From contig DPRG01000006.1 of the NCBI GenBank assembly GCA_003538775.1, positions 1-35,804 on the forward strand: a DNA stretch of 35,804 nt, given 5' to 3'. The stretch comes from Thermotogota bacterium (GTDB lineage Bacteria > Thermotogota > Thermotogae > UBA12178). Of the stretch, positions 1 to 9,148 are shown piece after piece. The first letter of the stretch is position 1. Every line of letters begins with the position of its first letter. A model generated the notes under the pieces. That model saw only the letters and a program-made list of their open reading frames with translations, was not told the origin of the DNA and searched no databases. Both the position numbers and the translations under genes were made by a program.

Positions 1-110
1 TCGGCGCTACGCAAGACTGTAAAAGCTCTATGCTGGAACAGGGAAGGTAAAAAGGCGAAATTTCGCCATATTCGTGTGGTTCGGTAATTCGCTCGGCGCT
101 TCACAAGACT
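1..110. repeat. Imperfect 18-bp direct repeat pair (1-18, 93-110) flanking a 14-bp perfect palindrome (54-67)
   Basis: TCGGCGCTACGCAAGACT vs TCGGCGCTTCACAAGACT (16/18 identical); GGCGAAATTTCGCC is self-complementary. The first copy may be cut by the window edge. Confidence 0.6.
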
Positions 111-296
111 CGAAACCAGGGGTTATGTGGTGAAACAAGGCCAAAAAACATTTGCTCTTTTGAAGGTGTTTACCTTGTTGAGTAGGGATAAGTATAGTCC
201 GTAGTGATGTGATAAGGTGATGGGTTACACAACAAGGTTTATTGAATCGTGAAAAACGACCTTTTGAGAGTTTTTAACTGTATACTTTCCAAATTT

Positions 297-1376
297 TTAT
301 TTGTGAGATTGCTTTGTGGCGATGGATTTCGATATCCCCAGAAAAAGGGAAGATGTGATCCGAAACGAATGTAGGATTTCAAGCAGACCATATACAAGAA
401 AGATTCCTATCAGGTTCACGATCAATCTATCTAATAGATAACTTCCTGTGGTCATTTTCAGCGCATCCCAGATCCACCACATCATGGGGAGATGAGAGAG
501 GAAAACTCCATATGACAATCTTCCATACCGCGAAAGCCATGAGCCAAAACGACCGTCAGGTATTCTGGAAAGTATTGCCAGAACAAGGGGAATCGAGAAA
601 AGCTCCCACAGTATTGAAAGTGGTTTAAACAGATCGAAGGCCACTAAATAGCCTTTTAGGCCATAGAAAAGGACCATCTCGAGTGCTGCAAAAAAGTAAA
701 GGACGAAGGTAAGGATCAAATACCACCAGGTTTCGGCTATTTTTTGAAGAGGTACTATTACGTTGTTTTTACCCGCCCAGAAACCGAAGAAAAAGAAACC
801 AATCCAGCACAAAGGGTTCATGTACGTTAGAAGGCCGCCTTTGACGATCGATATCTCGTTTATATCAACTCTCCACTGCACAACTTCGGCGATGCCAACC
901 CATGCGACACTCGCGACGATACTGATTATGGCGATGTATTTGCTCAGACGAGGATTCATCCGTTTAAGGATCGGGTAGATCGCGTACAGGACTATCACGA
1001 GAAATACGAAATAATGTTGACCCGACGCGGTAAACGTTAATACCTTGGTGATGACATCACTCCAGTTTCCTCCGTTAAGCATTTTTTCTCCTGTAGCTGC
1101 CATTGTTGCCCAGACCAGGTAAGGTACGATGATTCTCATCGTTCTTCGCTTCCAGAACGTGCCTACCGGGAGATCCGTTCGGGCCAGGAAATAGCCTATG
1201 AGATACATGAAAAGGGCAACGGAGAAAGTTACTGCTTGATGGATAAAAATCGCTATCGTTGCTTCCTCGAAGTTCGCTTCTGCCACACCGAAAATGTAAG
1301 AGTGCCCCGCTACAACCGCCATGATAGCGATGGCACGCGCTCTGTCAAAAACCTCTATACGTTTTCCTTGCTTCAT
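297..1376 (-). CDS. Acyltransferase family 3 (OafA/YrhL-like) membrane acyltransferase
   Basis: About 10 hydrophobic segments; N-terminal R-x3-D-x2-R...V-x3-H (RIEVFDRARAIAIMAVVAGH) and RxxRI-x-PY (KRRTMRIIVPY); ATGA overlap with the lnt stop. Confidence 0.85.
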   Translation of the reverse strand: MKQGKRIEVFDRARAIAIMAVVAGHSYIFGVAEANFEEATIAIFIHQAVTFSVALFMYLIGYFLARTDLPVGTFWKRRTMRIIVPYLVWATMAATGEKMLNGGNWSDVITKVLTFTASGQHYFVFLVIVLYAIYPILKRMNPRLSKYIAIISIVASVAWVGIAEVVQWRVDINEISIVKGGLLTYMNPLCWIGFFFFGFWAGKNNVIVPLQKIAETWWYLILTFVLYFFAALEMVLFYGLKGYLVAFDLFKPLSILWELFSIPLVLAILSRIPDGRFGSWLSRYGRLSYGVFLSHLPMMWWIWDALKMTTGSYLLDRLIVNLIGIFLVYGLLEILHSFRITSSLFLGISKSIATKQSHK

Positions 1377-2848
1377 ATTATCACCAGCAGCAGTAAGACA
1401 GCTGTGAGAAAGATGGGAATGTATCTGCCTATGTGGTAGTACAGGGTATTACCAGAGCGTTCTGGCACGGTAAAGGTGTGAGCCATTTCTGTCCATTCGG
1501 GTAAACTGTAAACAAGCCTTCCGAACGGGTCGAAAAGACCCGTTATTCCTGTGTTAGATATCTGCAACACGTAACGACCGTATTCTGCCGCCCTGAATGC
1601 CGATTGAACGAAGTGTTGTTTTAACGCCACCTTACTGTTGAACCAGCCATCGTTAGTGGTTACGACGAGAGCAAGGGCGCCGTTTTTCACGAGCTCCCGG
1701 GATACCTCGGTGAAATACGATTCGAAGCAGATCATCACTCCCAGTGCTTTTCCGTCCAGTTCAAAGGTCGGAAAACCCTCGCCCGGTGTGTAATAGCTGA
1801 GCAATTTCAAGAACCTAAAAGCTCCAAAGAACCATGGATAAGGAAGCATCTCTGCAAAAGGTGTTAGCTTTACCTTTGAGTAGTTCTGATCTGTGAAACC
1901 CTGAGCGGGATCGATCAACCAGACGCTGTTGAAGGCTTTATCCTCTTCAAAATGAGGAAATCCAACGATTACCTTCACTTTTTTCTCCTTGCTTAGGGCT
2001 ATCAGGTAGCTCCCGTTGTAATCCTGCGTCATATCTCTCATGAATGTTGCCTCGGGAAAGATCACCACATCAGCGTTGGACGGGGTTGTTCGAACAAATT
2101 TTTCAAAGGTTTCGAGTAATGGTTCTATTCTTCTGGAATACTTCACGCTTTGAGGTACGTTTGTCTGAACGGCATGTATTCTAAAGCTGTTAACATCGTC
2201 TATCCTGACAGAGGGCAAAAAGTACCCAACAGTCAATCCAACGCCGTTTAACATCATGATGATCATCAGAAGGTTAAGAATCAGATTTCTCCTCACGTTT
2301 TTTAACCAGTGGCTCAAACGGGTGTTCACAAAAGCAATGAACCAGCTCAGACCAAGGGTCCCCCATACAGAAAGCGTTGAAATGAATCCTGCGTTCCAGT
2401 ACAGCGCGTCTGATAATCTGCTACCGGCGAACCCCAGATCCCCTATTCCCCGGAGATACTCGAATACAGAGTAAGTGAGGGAGAAGGCAAAAGCATCAAG
2501 CCAGGGCCTTCTGGTGAACTTCTTCGAAAGAAAAGAGTACACCAGACCAGTGCCTGCAAATGGCAGCGCTTCCACGGCAGCAAGCAACCAGAAAGTGAGG
2601 AATCCCACCCATCCAGGAAAAGATCTCAAAACTTCTGGCACGTTTTTTGAAAGTGTCGGAAGCTGCCAGAAGAGTGACACACTCATCATCACATAACCAA
2701 AGATGAACCCATTCAGGAGACCGTGGAGGGGTTTGCTTTTTCTCAGCACCTCGATGAGTGGTATTAGGGTTATCCACACCGCAGGACCGAGAAAGAATCC
2801 GGGCATTGTGAGAGCTGTTAGAAAAGCCGAAACGATAGAATATAACAA
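1373..2848 (-). CDS. lnt: Apolipoprotein N-acyltransferase
   Basis: N-terminal TM helices plus nitrilase-fold triad motifs IFPE (E), YSKVKLTPFAE (K), MICFES (C); TTG start adjacent to the upstream stop. Confidence 0.92.
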   Translation of the reverse strand: MLYSIVSAFLTALTMPGFFLGPAVWITLIPLIEVLRKSKPLHGLLNGFIFGYVMMSVSLFWQLPTLSKNVPEVLRSFPGWVGFLTFWLLAAVEALPFAGTGLVYSFLSKKFTRRPWLDAFAFSLTYSVFEYLRGIGDLGFAGSRLSDALYWNAGFISTLSVWGTLGLSWFIAFVNTRLSHWLKNVRRNLILNLLMIIMMLNGVGLTVGYFLPSVRIDDVNSFRIHAVQTNVPQSVKYSRRIEPLLETFEKFVRTTPSNADVVIFPEATFMRDMTQDYNGSYLIALSKEKKVKVIVGFPHFEEDKAFNSVWLIDPAQGFTDQNYSKVKLTPFAEMLPYPWFFGAFRFLKLLSYYTPGEGFPTFELDGKALGVMICFESYFTEVSRELVKNGALALVVTTNDGWFNSKVALKQHFVQSAFRAAEYGRYVLQISNTGITGLFDPFGRLVYSLPEWTEMAHTFTVPERSGNTLYYHIGRYIPIFLTAVLLLLVII

Positions 2849-4012
2849 CTATCCCACCCTTTCCAGGGCTTCGAGGAGCGTACTCACAACCTCTTCTTGC
2901 TCTTCAGGTTTTATCTGGTTGAAGAAAGGAAGGGCCAGCGTGCGCTTCGATATCTTTTCGGCTACAGGATACATGCCTTCTGTGTAGTTCATCTTCCGGT
3001 AAAATGGCTGAAGGTGAACGCAGGCAAAGTAGTTTCGAGTCTGTATACCTTTTTCTGCCATGTATTCCATTATTTTATCTCTGTTGCTGCCTTCAGGTAA
3101 CCTCACCACATAAACAAACCAGCTCATTCGGGTAGTGTAGGGGGCTATATAGTGAGTTTCTACAGAGGTGTTTTGAAAGAGTTCGTTGTACTTTGTCGCA
3201 ACTTCTGCCCGTCTGTCGAGTATGGTATCGATCCGCTTCATCTGTGAAACACCTAAAGCGGCAGACATTTCATCCAGGCGGTAGTTGTACCCAAGACGCA
3301 CATGATGCAACCAGGCGTCGCCTTCGCCTCTTCCTTGATTCCTCATGCTTTTAGCGAGTGCGCAGACTTCTAAATTGTTTGAGACAATGATGCCGCCCTC
3401 TCCAGTTGTTATCTGTTTGTTGGGGTAAAAGGCAAAAGTTCCTGCCAGTCCAAAGGTTCCTATCCTTCTTCCCTTGTATTCTGCACCTATCGCTTCGCAG
3501 GAATCTTCGATAGCGGTTATACCGTGCTCTTCACACAATTTTAGGGCTCTATCCCAATCCATGGGTTGGCCCAGGATATCCACACCCATGAGTATCTTCA
3601 CCCTGTTCACTTTATGCCCACAGATTTCGAAGTCACCCTTTCTCACTTTGATCAGCAGATCTTCCAGTGCGTCTGCATCCATATTCAACGTTTTTTCATC
3701 GATGTCGACAAATATGGGGAAGGCTCTTTCAAAAAGAGCGACGTTTGCGGATGCTATGAACGTAAAGGGTGTGGTTACGAGAAAGTCCCCAGGTTCCAGG
3801 CCCGCGATCCTCACAAGCAGATGGAGAGCGCTGGTACCGCTGTTAACAGCCACCGCGCATTTCGCTCCTACGTAATCGGCCATCATCTTTTCAAACTCCA
3901 CAACCTTTGGACCAATACTGAGAATGGAAGATCTGAGTACTTCTTCGACGGCTTTCACGTCATCCTCATTTATATCCGGTTTTGCAAGGGGTATCCTAAA
4001 GTTCAACGACAT
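2849..4012 (-). CDS. DegT/DnrJ/EryC1/StrS family PLP-dependent sugar aminotransferase
   Basis: NSGTSALH, EDSCEAIG, FAFYPNKQITTGEGG (PLP lysine), GYNYR. Start likely ATG 4012 or TTG 4006 (SD GGAAGGTGA), not the ORF-track start at 4108. Confidence 0.9.
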   Translation of the reverse strand: MSLNFRIPLAKPDINEDDVKAVEEVLRSSILSIGPKVVEFEKMMADYVGAKCAVAVNSGTSALHLLVRIAGLEPGDFLVTTPFTFIASANVALFERAFPIFVDIDEKTLNMDADALEDLLIKVRKGDFEICGHKVNRVKILMGVDILGQPMDWDRALKLCEEHGITAIEDSCEAIGAEYKGRRIGTFGLAGTFAFYPNKQITTGEGGIIVSNNLEVCALAKSMRNQGRGEGDAWLHHVRLGYNYRLDEMSAALGVSQMKRIDTILDRRAEVATKYNELFQNTSVETHYIAPYTTRMSWFVYVVRLPEGSNRDKIMEYMAEKGIQTRNYFACVHLQPFYRKMNYTEGMYPVAEKISKRTLALPFFNQIKPEEQEEVVSTLLEALERVG

Positions 4013-4832
4013 CACCTTCCAACAGGATTTTGACAGCCTCCGCCACTCCGTCCTCATCGTTTGTGGTGGTAACCCAGCGAGCGGCTTCTTTGACTTCTTT
4101 AACGGCATTGCCCATCGCTATGGGCATACCCACTCTTTTCATCAGGGAGACATCGTTGAGGTTGTCTCCAATAAACACCACTTCTGAAGGCGATACCTGA
4201 AAATAGCTCAGGAGAACATCGAGTGCGTGAGCTTTGGTACTGCCCGGGCCGAAGAATTCCACAAAGGCTTCGTCTTCAAGCACAGAATTTTCAACCACAC
4301 TTATTCCATCATCAAGCTGCTTTGATATAAAGGATATCACGGATCGCCCGCCTACCATTGCCACTTCGGCCACTTCTTTCTTCGTTTTTATGTATGTGAA
4401 GAGATCGGGGACCCTTTTCACTCTCCACATATTTGCTTCAAGATATTTCAGGTGGACACCAGCGTAATCTTCATCTATAATCATGTCGGGAACAGTATAA
4501 AAATCTTCGTAAACTATTGAAAAGATCGAATGCTGTTTTGCGAGTCTCACCAGTTGAATGGCTGTGATAGCGGGGAGAGTGGATTTGAAAAGTTCCGCGT
4601 TGCTTTTAAAATCGTATATTAAAGCGCCGTTTTGAAAAACCACAGGCACCTTCAGGTCCAGCTCTCTGACATAGTCTATTGCAGAAACATAACTTCTTCC
4701 GGTTACTATCGTCACGTACAGTCCATTCTTCACAGCCTGATGGAGCACCTTCTTGTTTTCTTCGCTTATACGTTTTTCGCTGTCCAAAAGAGTGCCATCA
4801 AGGTCGACAAGGATCAGCCTGTATTTTCCCAA
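3996..4832 (-). CDS. Cof-type HAD-IIB phosphatase
   Basis: DLDGTLL motif I, VTGR motif II, GDNLND motif IV, MGNA; TTG start with GGAGG SD. Confidence 0.9.
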   Translation of the reverse strand: MGKYRLILVDLDGTLLDSEKRISEENKKVLHQAVKNGLYVTIVTGRSYVSAIDYVRELDLKVPVVFQNGALIYDFKSNAELFKSTLPAITAIQLVRLAKQHSIFSIVYEDFYTVPDMIIDEDYAGVHLKYLEANMWRVKRVPDLFTYIKTKKEVAEVAMVGGRSVISFISKQLDDGISVVENSVLEDEAFVEFFGPGSTKAHALDVLLSYFQVSPSEVVFIGDNLNDVSLMKRVGMPIAMGNAVKEVKEAARWVTTTNDEDGVAEAVKILLEGDVVEL

Positions 4833-5551
4833 CGTAGCACCTCCAGCGAGAATAGGGTTCTCTGCTCGCCACCCAGGTCGAGAGTTAGTGCGTTAGGAGT
4901 TATATCTACAAGCGTTGCTTCTCTCTCCTCCTCATCTCCAATTCGTACCCATAATCTGGAACCAGGCGTTAACAACTGATAACCCTTCCAGATCCTCACA
5001 AGGTACTTCTTCTTGTCTTTAATCATGTATTTCAGATAAAGGACATTAGCGGTGGAAACGATTCCGTCGAACACAAGGGATAGATCTACATCATGCCCTA
5101 AAAGCTCTTTCAGACTAACAGCTTTGCTTTTTAAATCCGGTGGGATCTCGTTATTGACGTTCATTCCAATACCAACGATGATCACAGTGTTTTTCCCACT
5201 TATCACGCTTTCAACAAGTATACCGGCGAGTTTTTTTGTACCAACATAGATATCGTTGGGCCACTTTATTCCGGCATTGATTTTGAACTTTCTTTTCAGA
5301 AACCTCACGATGGCCACTGAGAAAAGGACCACATAGTAATGAGGTTCAAATGATTGTGTCCTGTGTTTGAAGAGAACCGAAAACCAGAGTCCGCCCTTCG
5401 GAGAATGCCAATAACGTCCGAACCTTCCTCTGCCAGCGGTCTGCTCTGTTGCCCACGCCACACTCCCGCTTGGGAGGGAATCGGCTAACGATTTCAGAAC
5501 ATTGTTGGTGGAATCTACGGTATCGTAAGCGATAACGCGTGTACCGATCAT
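4814..5551 (-). CDS. birA: Biotin--[acetyl-CoA carboxylase] ligase, monofunctional (no N-terminal HTH)
   Basis: DSTN, QTAGRGRFGRYW, KWPND, KLAGILVE, GIGMN; starts directly at the catalytic domain. Confidence 0.9.
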   Translation of the reverse strand: MIGTRVIAYDTVDSTNNVLKSLADSLPSGSVAWATEQTAGRGRFGRYWHSPKGGLWFSVLFKHRTQSFEPHYYVVLFSVAIVRFLKRKFKINAGIKWPNDIYVGTKKLAGILVESVISGKNTVIIVGIGMNVNNEIPPDLKSKAVSLKELLGHDVDLSLVFDGIVSTANVLYLKYMIKDKKKYLVRIWKGYQLLTPGSRLWVRIGDEEEREATLVDITPNALTLDLGGEQRTLFSLEVLRWENTG

Positions 5552-5596
5552 AATACCGCCTCGAGGGATTGGTTTAATTGGAATACATCCTCTGTT

Positions 5597-5605
5597 AGTA
5601 TATCA
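5597..5605 (-). promoter_or_regulatory. Candidate extended -10 (TGA-TATACT) for the birA operon
   Basis: Minus strand TGATATACT about 45 nt upstream of the birA ATG; no good -35. Confidence 0.35.
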
Positions 5606-5623
5606 TCAGCCAGCGTGAAAGGG

Positions 5624-5652
5624 GTGAAAGAGACCTTTCATACGAGTATAGT
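5624..5652 (+). promoter_or_regulatory. Candidate sigma70-type promoter for the ppa operon, overlapped by an inverted repeat
   Basis: GTGAAA-17 nt-TATAGT; inverted repeat TGAAAG-agac-CTTTCA at 5625-5640; SD GGAGGTGA at 5668-5675. Confidence 0.45.
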
Positions 5653-5681
5653 AAAATTCGTATACACGGAGGTGAGGAAGA

Positions 5682-6179
5682 ATGGAGACCGTCACCATAA
5701 TCGTGGAAATCCCAAAAGGAAGCAGGAATAAATACGAATACGATAAAGAAAGAGGGATAATCAAATTCGACAGAACACTCTTTTCGGCCGTGCATTATCC
5801 GTGTGATTACGGTTTTATCACTGAGACTCTGGCCAGAGACGGTGATCCCCTGGATGCACTTGTTCTTGTTTGGGAGCCGACTTTCCCCGGATGTATGATC
5901 GAAGCGAAACCCGTGGGAGCATTCAAGATGTGGGACGAAAAAGGACCAGATGAGAAGATACTATGTGTTCCCATAAAAGATCCTGTCTGGAATTTCGTGG
6001 AAACGCTCGAAGATGTTCCGCCTCACCTTTTGAAAGAAATAGAGCACTTTTTCTCAGTGTACAAGGAACTTGAGGAAAAAATAACAGGCGTTGAAGGCTG
6101 GGTTGACAGACAACAGGCTATTGAGATAATAGAGGATGCGAAAAGACGTTACCTCGAGGAAGCGGGTGAGAAGATTTGA
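5682..6179 (+). CDS. ppa: Family I soluble inorganic pyrophosphatase
   Basis: [34 protein letters not shown]. Confidence 0.95.
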   Translation: METVTIIVEIPKGSRNKYEYDKERGIIKFDRTLFSAVHYPCDYGFITETLARDGDPLDALVLVWEPTFPGCMIEAKPVGAFKMWDEKGPDEKILCVPIKDPVWNFVETLEDVPPHLLKEIEHFFSVYKELEEKITGVEGWVDRQQAIEIIEDAKRRYLEEAGEKI

Positions 6180-7225
6180 CATCCAGGGTATCTTTTCGCC
6201 GTTGCGATACGTACGAAGATGCACATGATGTTCTGAACGATCTGCTTCTTCCCTTTGAAAAGTATTTTTCTAAGGGCGATGAAGTTCTGGTGAAGCCCAA
6301 CATGCTTTCCCCTCGCAAGCCCGAGGAGGCCGTGACAACACACCCGAAAATTCTGGAGGCGGTGCTGAAATTCCTTCTCGATCTTGGTACAACTCCTGTG
6401 GTTGGGGACAGCCCGGCTTCCGGTACTGCGATGAGCGTGGCGAAAAAAGCGGGAATTCATGAAGTTTGCGAAAGGTTGAATGTTCCCATTCTGAACCTCA
6501 ACGATCCTGTTGAGACAAATGGGGAAGTGTACAAAAAAATAAAGATATCGGAAACGGCTATTACCAGAAAAGTGGTGAACATCGCAAAGCTCAAGACTCA
6601 TTCGCAGATGGTGATGACGCTCGGAGTGAAAAACACTTTCGGCTGTGTCGTGGGTATGGAAAAAGCGGGATGGCACTTAAGAGCTGGCACAAACGAGCGT
6701 TTTGCCGATTTGTTGATCGACGTCCATCTGATAGTTTCGCCTGTTATCACCATCATGGACGGTATAGAAGGTATGGAAGGAAACGGCCCTGCGAACGGTG
6801 TGAAAAAGCACTTTGGACTTTTGGCTGTTTCTGATAACGCCTTCGCGCTGGATTACGCCATCGTAGAGGCTCTGAATGTTGATCCAGAGATTGTTTACAC
6901 TGTTAAACGCTCGATAGATAGAGGCTTGATTCCAGAATTCGTGGTCGACGGGGAGTGGAAAGGAGAGATAAAGCTTCCATCAACCGTTCCAGTTGTTCCC
7001 GTACCAAAACCACTGCAGAGCCTTGCCAGAAGATTCGTGAGAGTTCCGAAGATCAATGTAAACAGATGTGTCAGATGCCGGATTTGTGAAAACACCTGTC
7101 CCGCAGGGGCGATAGACATCGACCGCACGAGGATCGATTACAGTAAATGCATAAGGTGCTACGTGTGCCATGAAGTTTGCCCCGAAGATGCCATATTGCT
7201 TGTGAGGAAGTTTCTTATGAGGTGA
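6176..7225 (+). CDS. DUF362 domain protein with C-terminal 2[4Fe-4S] ferredoxin domain
   Basis: [27 protein letters not shown]; two CxxCxxCxxxCP motifs ([24 protein letters not shown]). Confidence 0.85.
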   Translation: MTSRVSFRRCDTYEDAHDVLNDLLLPFEKYFSKGDEVLVKPNMLSPRKPEEAVTTHPKILEAVLKFLLDLGTTPVVGDSPASGTAMSVAKKAGIHEVCERLNVPILNLNDPVETNGEVYKKIKISETAITRKVVNIAKLKTHSQMVMTLGVKNTFGCVVGMEKAGWHLRAGTNERFADLLIDVHLIVSPVITIMDGIEGMEGNGPANGVKKHFGLLAVSDNAFALDYAIVEALNVDPEIVYTVKRSIDRGLIPEFVVDGEWKGEIKLPSTVPVVPVPKPLQSLARRFVRVPKINVNRCVRCRICENTCPAGAIDIDRTRIDYSKCIRCYVCHEVCPEDAILLVRKFLMR

Positions 7226-7229
7226 TATT

Positions 7230-7475
7230 TTGGAAAGGCGAATAGGTGTTGTCGCGATAAGTGTGTTGCACAGAGAAAGCGCAATGAAGGTTAATGAGAT
7301 TTTGCATGGGTTCGCGGATATAATACGTGGTCGTATGGGTATACCGTTAAAAGAGAAGAATATCGCCGTGATATCCATTTTGGTTGACGGAACCACCGAC
7401 GAAATAGGCGCTCTGACAGGGCAACTTGGTCAGATCGATGGTGTTAAAGTGAAATCTCTACTGGTGAAGGTTTGA
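7230..7475 (+). CDS. TM1266-family small ACT/NikR-C-like protein (putative iron-only hydrogenase system regulator)
   Basis: 81 aa; RIGVVAI, VNEILH, IRGRMGIP, I-x-ALTGQLG-x-I-x-GVKVK pattern recalled for this family; TTG start. Confidence 0.8.
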   Translation: MERRIGVVAISVLHRESAMKVNEILHGFADIIRGRMGIPLKEKNIAVISILVDGTTDEIGALTGQLGQIDGVKVKSLLVKV

Positions 7476-7488
7476 AGGTGAAGGTGGA

Positions 7489-8148
7489 ATGAAAGTTCTT
7501 GGCGTTATTGGGGGAATGGGCCCTTTAGCGACCTGTGAATTTTATCGGCGTTTGATAGAAAAAACCCCGGCGAGAAAAGATCAGGAGCATATACATGTGA
7601 TAATCGATTCCTACCCTCAAATACCCGACAGAACGGCTTATCTGGTTGGCGCTGGTGAGAATCCCCTTCCGTATCTGATCGATTCCGCGCAAAGGCTGGA
7701 AAAAGCTGGCGCAGATGTTCTCTGTATGCCTTGTAACGCCGCTCATGCGTTTTTCGATGACCTTTCTTCTTCGGTGGGAGTTCCCTTTTTGAACATGGTG
7801 GAACTTGCGGTGAAGTTCGTATCGCGGTTTTCCAAGAGTGCTGTTGTCTTTGCAACCGATGGGACGTTGCTGAGCGGTGTTTATCAGAGGGCGGCAGAAA
7901 GGTACGGTCTCGCGCTGCGTGAATTGTCTCGAAAGTGGCAAAGAAAGCTCATGGATGGTATCTACGATATAAAGGCGGGGCGTCTTGAAGAAGGTATAGA
8001 AAAGATAGAGGTTGTTAGTAGAAGTATCGGAGAAGAGACTATACTGGCAGCCTGTACGGAAGTTTCCATTGCTTTGAAGGGGAAGAGGAACGTTGTAGAT
8101 GCCATGGATGCCCTTGTGGAGGAAGCGATCAGGGTGTGTCTTTCGTGA
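7489..8148 (+). CDS. PLP-independent amino-acid racemase (Asp/Glu racemase, RacX/YgeA-like)
   Basis: LGVIGGMGPLAT, IPDRT, and two catalytic Cys motifs (PCNAAH, ACTE). Confidence 0.88.
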   Translation: MKVLGVIGGMGPLATCEFYRRLIEKTPARKDQEHIHVIIDSYPQIPDRTAYLVGAGENPLPYLIDSAQRLEKAGADVLCMPCNAAHAFFDDLSSSVGVPFLNMVELAVKFVSRFSKSAVVFATDGTLLSGVYQRAAERYGLALRELSRKWQRKLMDGIYDIKAGRLEEGIEKIEVVSRSIGEETILAACTEVSIALKGKRNVVDAMDALVEEAIRVCLS

Positions 8149-9148
8149 TTGTTTCCAAAGGAAAAGCCTCGATCTTCCCTTTATAACCGTCCATAGGCTC
8201 GGCGCATATCAAGGAATCGTAGATGGATTCTTCCACCGTATCGACCACCGCGGAAAAGATTCTGTTGAATTCGGGATTAGAGTCGGGGATCAATTCGACG
8301 GAAATCTTCCCATTTTTCTTCCACCTAAAACCTGTGCTGAGGGCAAGACATATGTCTCCACTCGATGTATAACCAGGGGTTCCGATTCTTCCGAGCGCGA
8401 GCATGGCGTGTCGACATAACCGTTTCAGCTGTCTTGAAGTTAAGGGAATATCGGTGGCCAGGATCATGATGATCGAACCCGCTGTATCTTTAGGGTTAAA
8501 AGGTGAAGACAGTGATTTTCCAAAAAAGCGGAAGTCTTTTGCTCTTCCGTAATTGTTGAGGACGAGAGTTCCAACTGTGTATTTTATTCCATCGATCTCT
8601 ACAACACGCGAAGAACTTCCAATGCCTCCCTTGTATCCGAAGGAAATCATACCCGTACCCGCTCCGACAGAGCCGAGTTCAAAATCTTCACAGGCGTTTT
8701 CCAAGGCTTTGAAAACATGCTCGGGTCTTACCGAAGGATGGGAAATATCGTTCAAAAAACCGTCGTTGCATTCCAGCACGATCGGGTTTACGCTTCTTAT
8801 TTCCGGATGAATGTGCAGCATGTGTCTGACCATTCCTTCGAAAACCTGTCCCACAGAAAACGTGCCGGTCATCGCCAGGGGCGTTTCTATTTGACCAAGC
8901 TCTTCCACCTGGATAAGGCCGGTGGATTTTCCGTATCCATTTAAAACAAAAACCCCCGCACTTAGAGGGCTTTCATAAGGATCTTCAGAAAAATCGATTA
9001 CTGTTACGCCCGTTCTTATCTTTGTAGGGTGGTCCGAAATCAGAGAAACGTGTCCCACGAGTATGCCCTCGACATCTGTTATCTTGTTCAACGGACCAGT
9101 TTCGAACTCACCAACGCGTATCCCAAGATCGCGTAATCTTGTTTTCAC
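8129..9148 (-). CDS. DmpA-like P1 (S58) family L-aminopeptidase/D-esterase-amidase
   Basis: GVTVI, NGYGK, NPIVLECND, GSVGAGTG, KGGIGSSSR and the autoprocessing site G|SII (TAGSIIMILATD); its GTG start shares a base with the fliI stop (TAGTG). Confidence 0.88.
   Translation of the reverse strand: MKTRLRDLGIRVGEFETGPLNKITDVEGILVGHVSLISDHPTKIRTGVTVIDFSEDPYESPLSAGVFVLNGYGKSTGLIQVEELGQIETPLAMTGTFSVGQVFEGMVRHMLHIHPEIRSVNPIVLECNDGFLNDISHPSVRPEHVFKALENACEDFELGSVGAGTGMISFGYKGGIGSSSRVVEIDGIKYTVGTLVLNNYGRAKDFRFFGKSLSSPFNPKDTAGSIIMILATDIPLTSRQLKRLCRHAMLALGRIGTPGYTSSGDICLALSTGFRWKKNGKISVELIPDSNPEFNRIFSAVVDTVEESIYDSLICAEPMDGYKGKIEAFPLETITKDTP

Noticed and set aside
4013-4108. ORF-track N-terminal extension of degT (likewise fliG, plsX, glmS, gatB, lamA)
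   Set aside because: Extensions overlap upstream genes and lack an SD; downstream starts have an SD or coupling and match family N-termini.
5552-5681. BirA operator (bioO) in the birA upstream region
   Set aside because: This BirA lacks the DNA-binding HTH, and no biotin synthesis genes are adjacent.
6149-7941. Several 116-175-aa minus-strand ORFs
   Set aside because: Shadows of the DUF362, TM1266-like and racemase genes with implausible composition.
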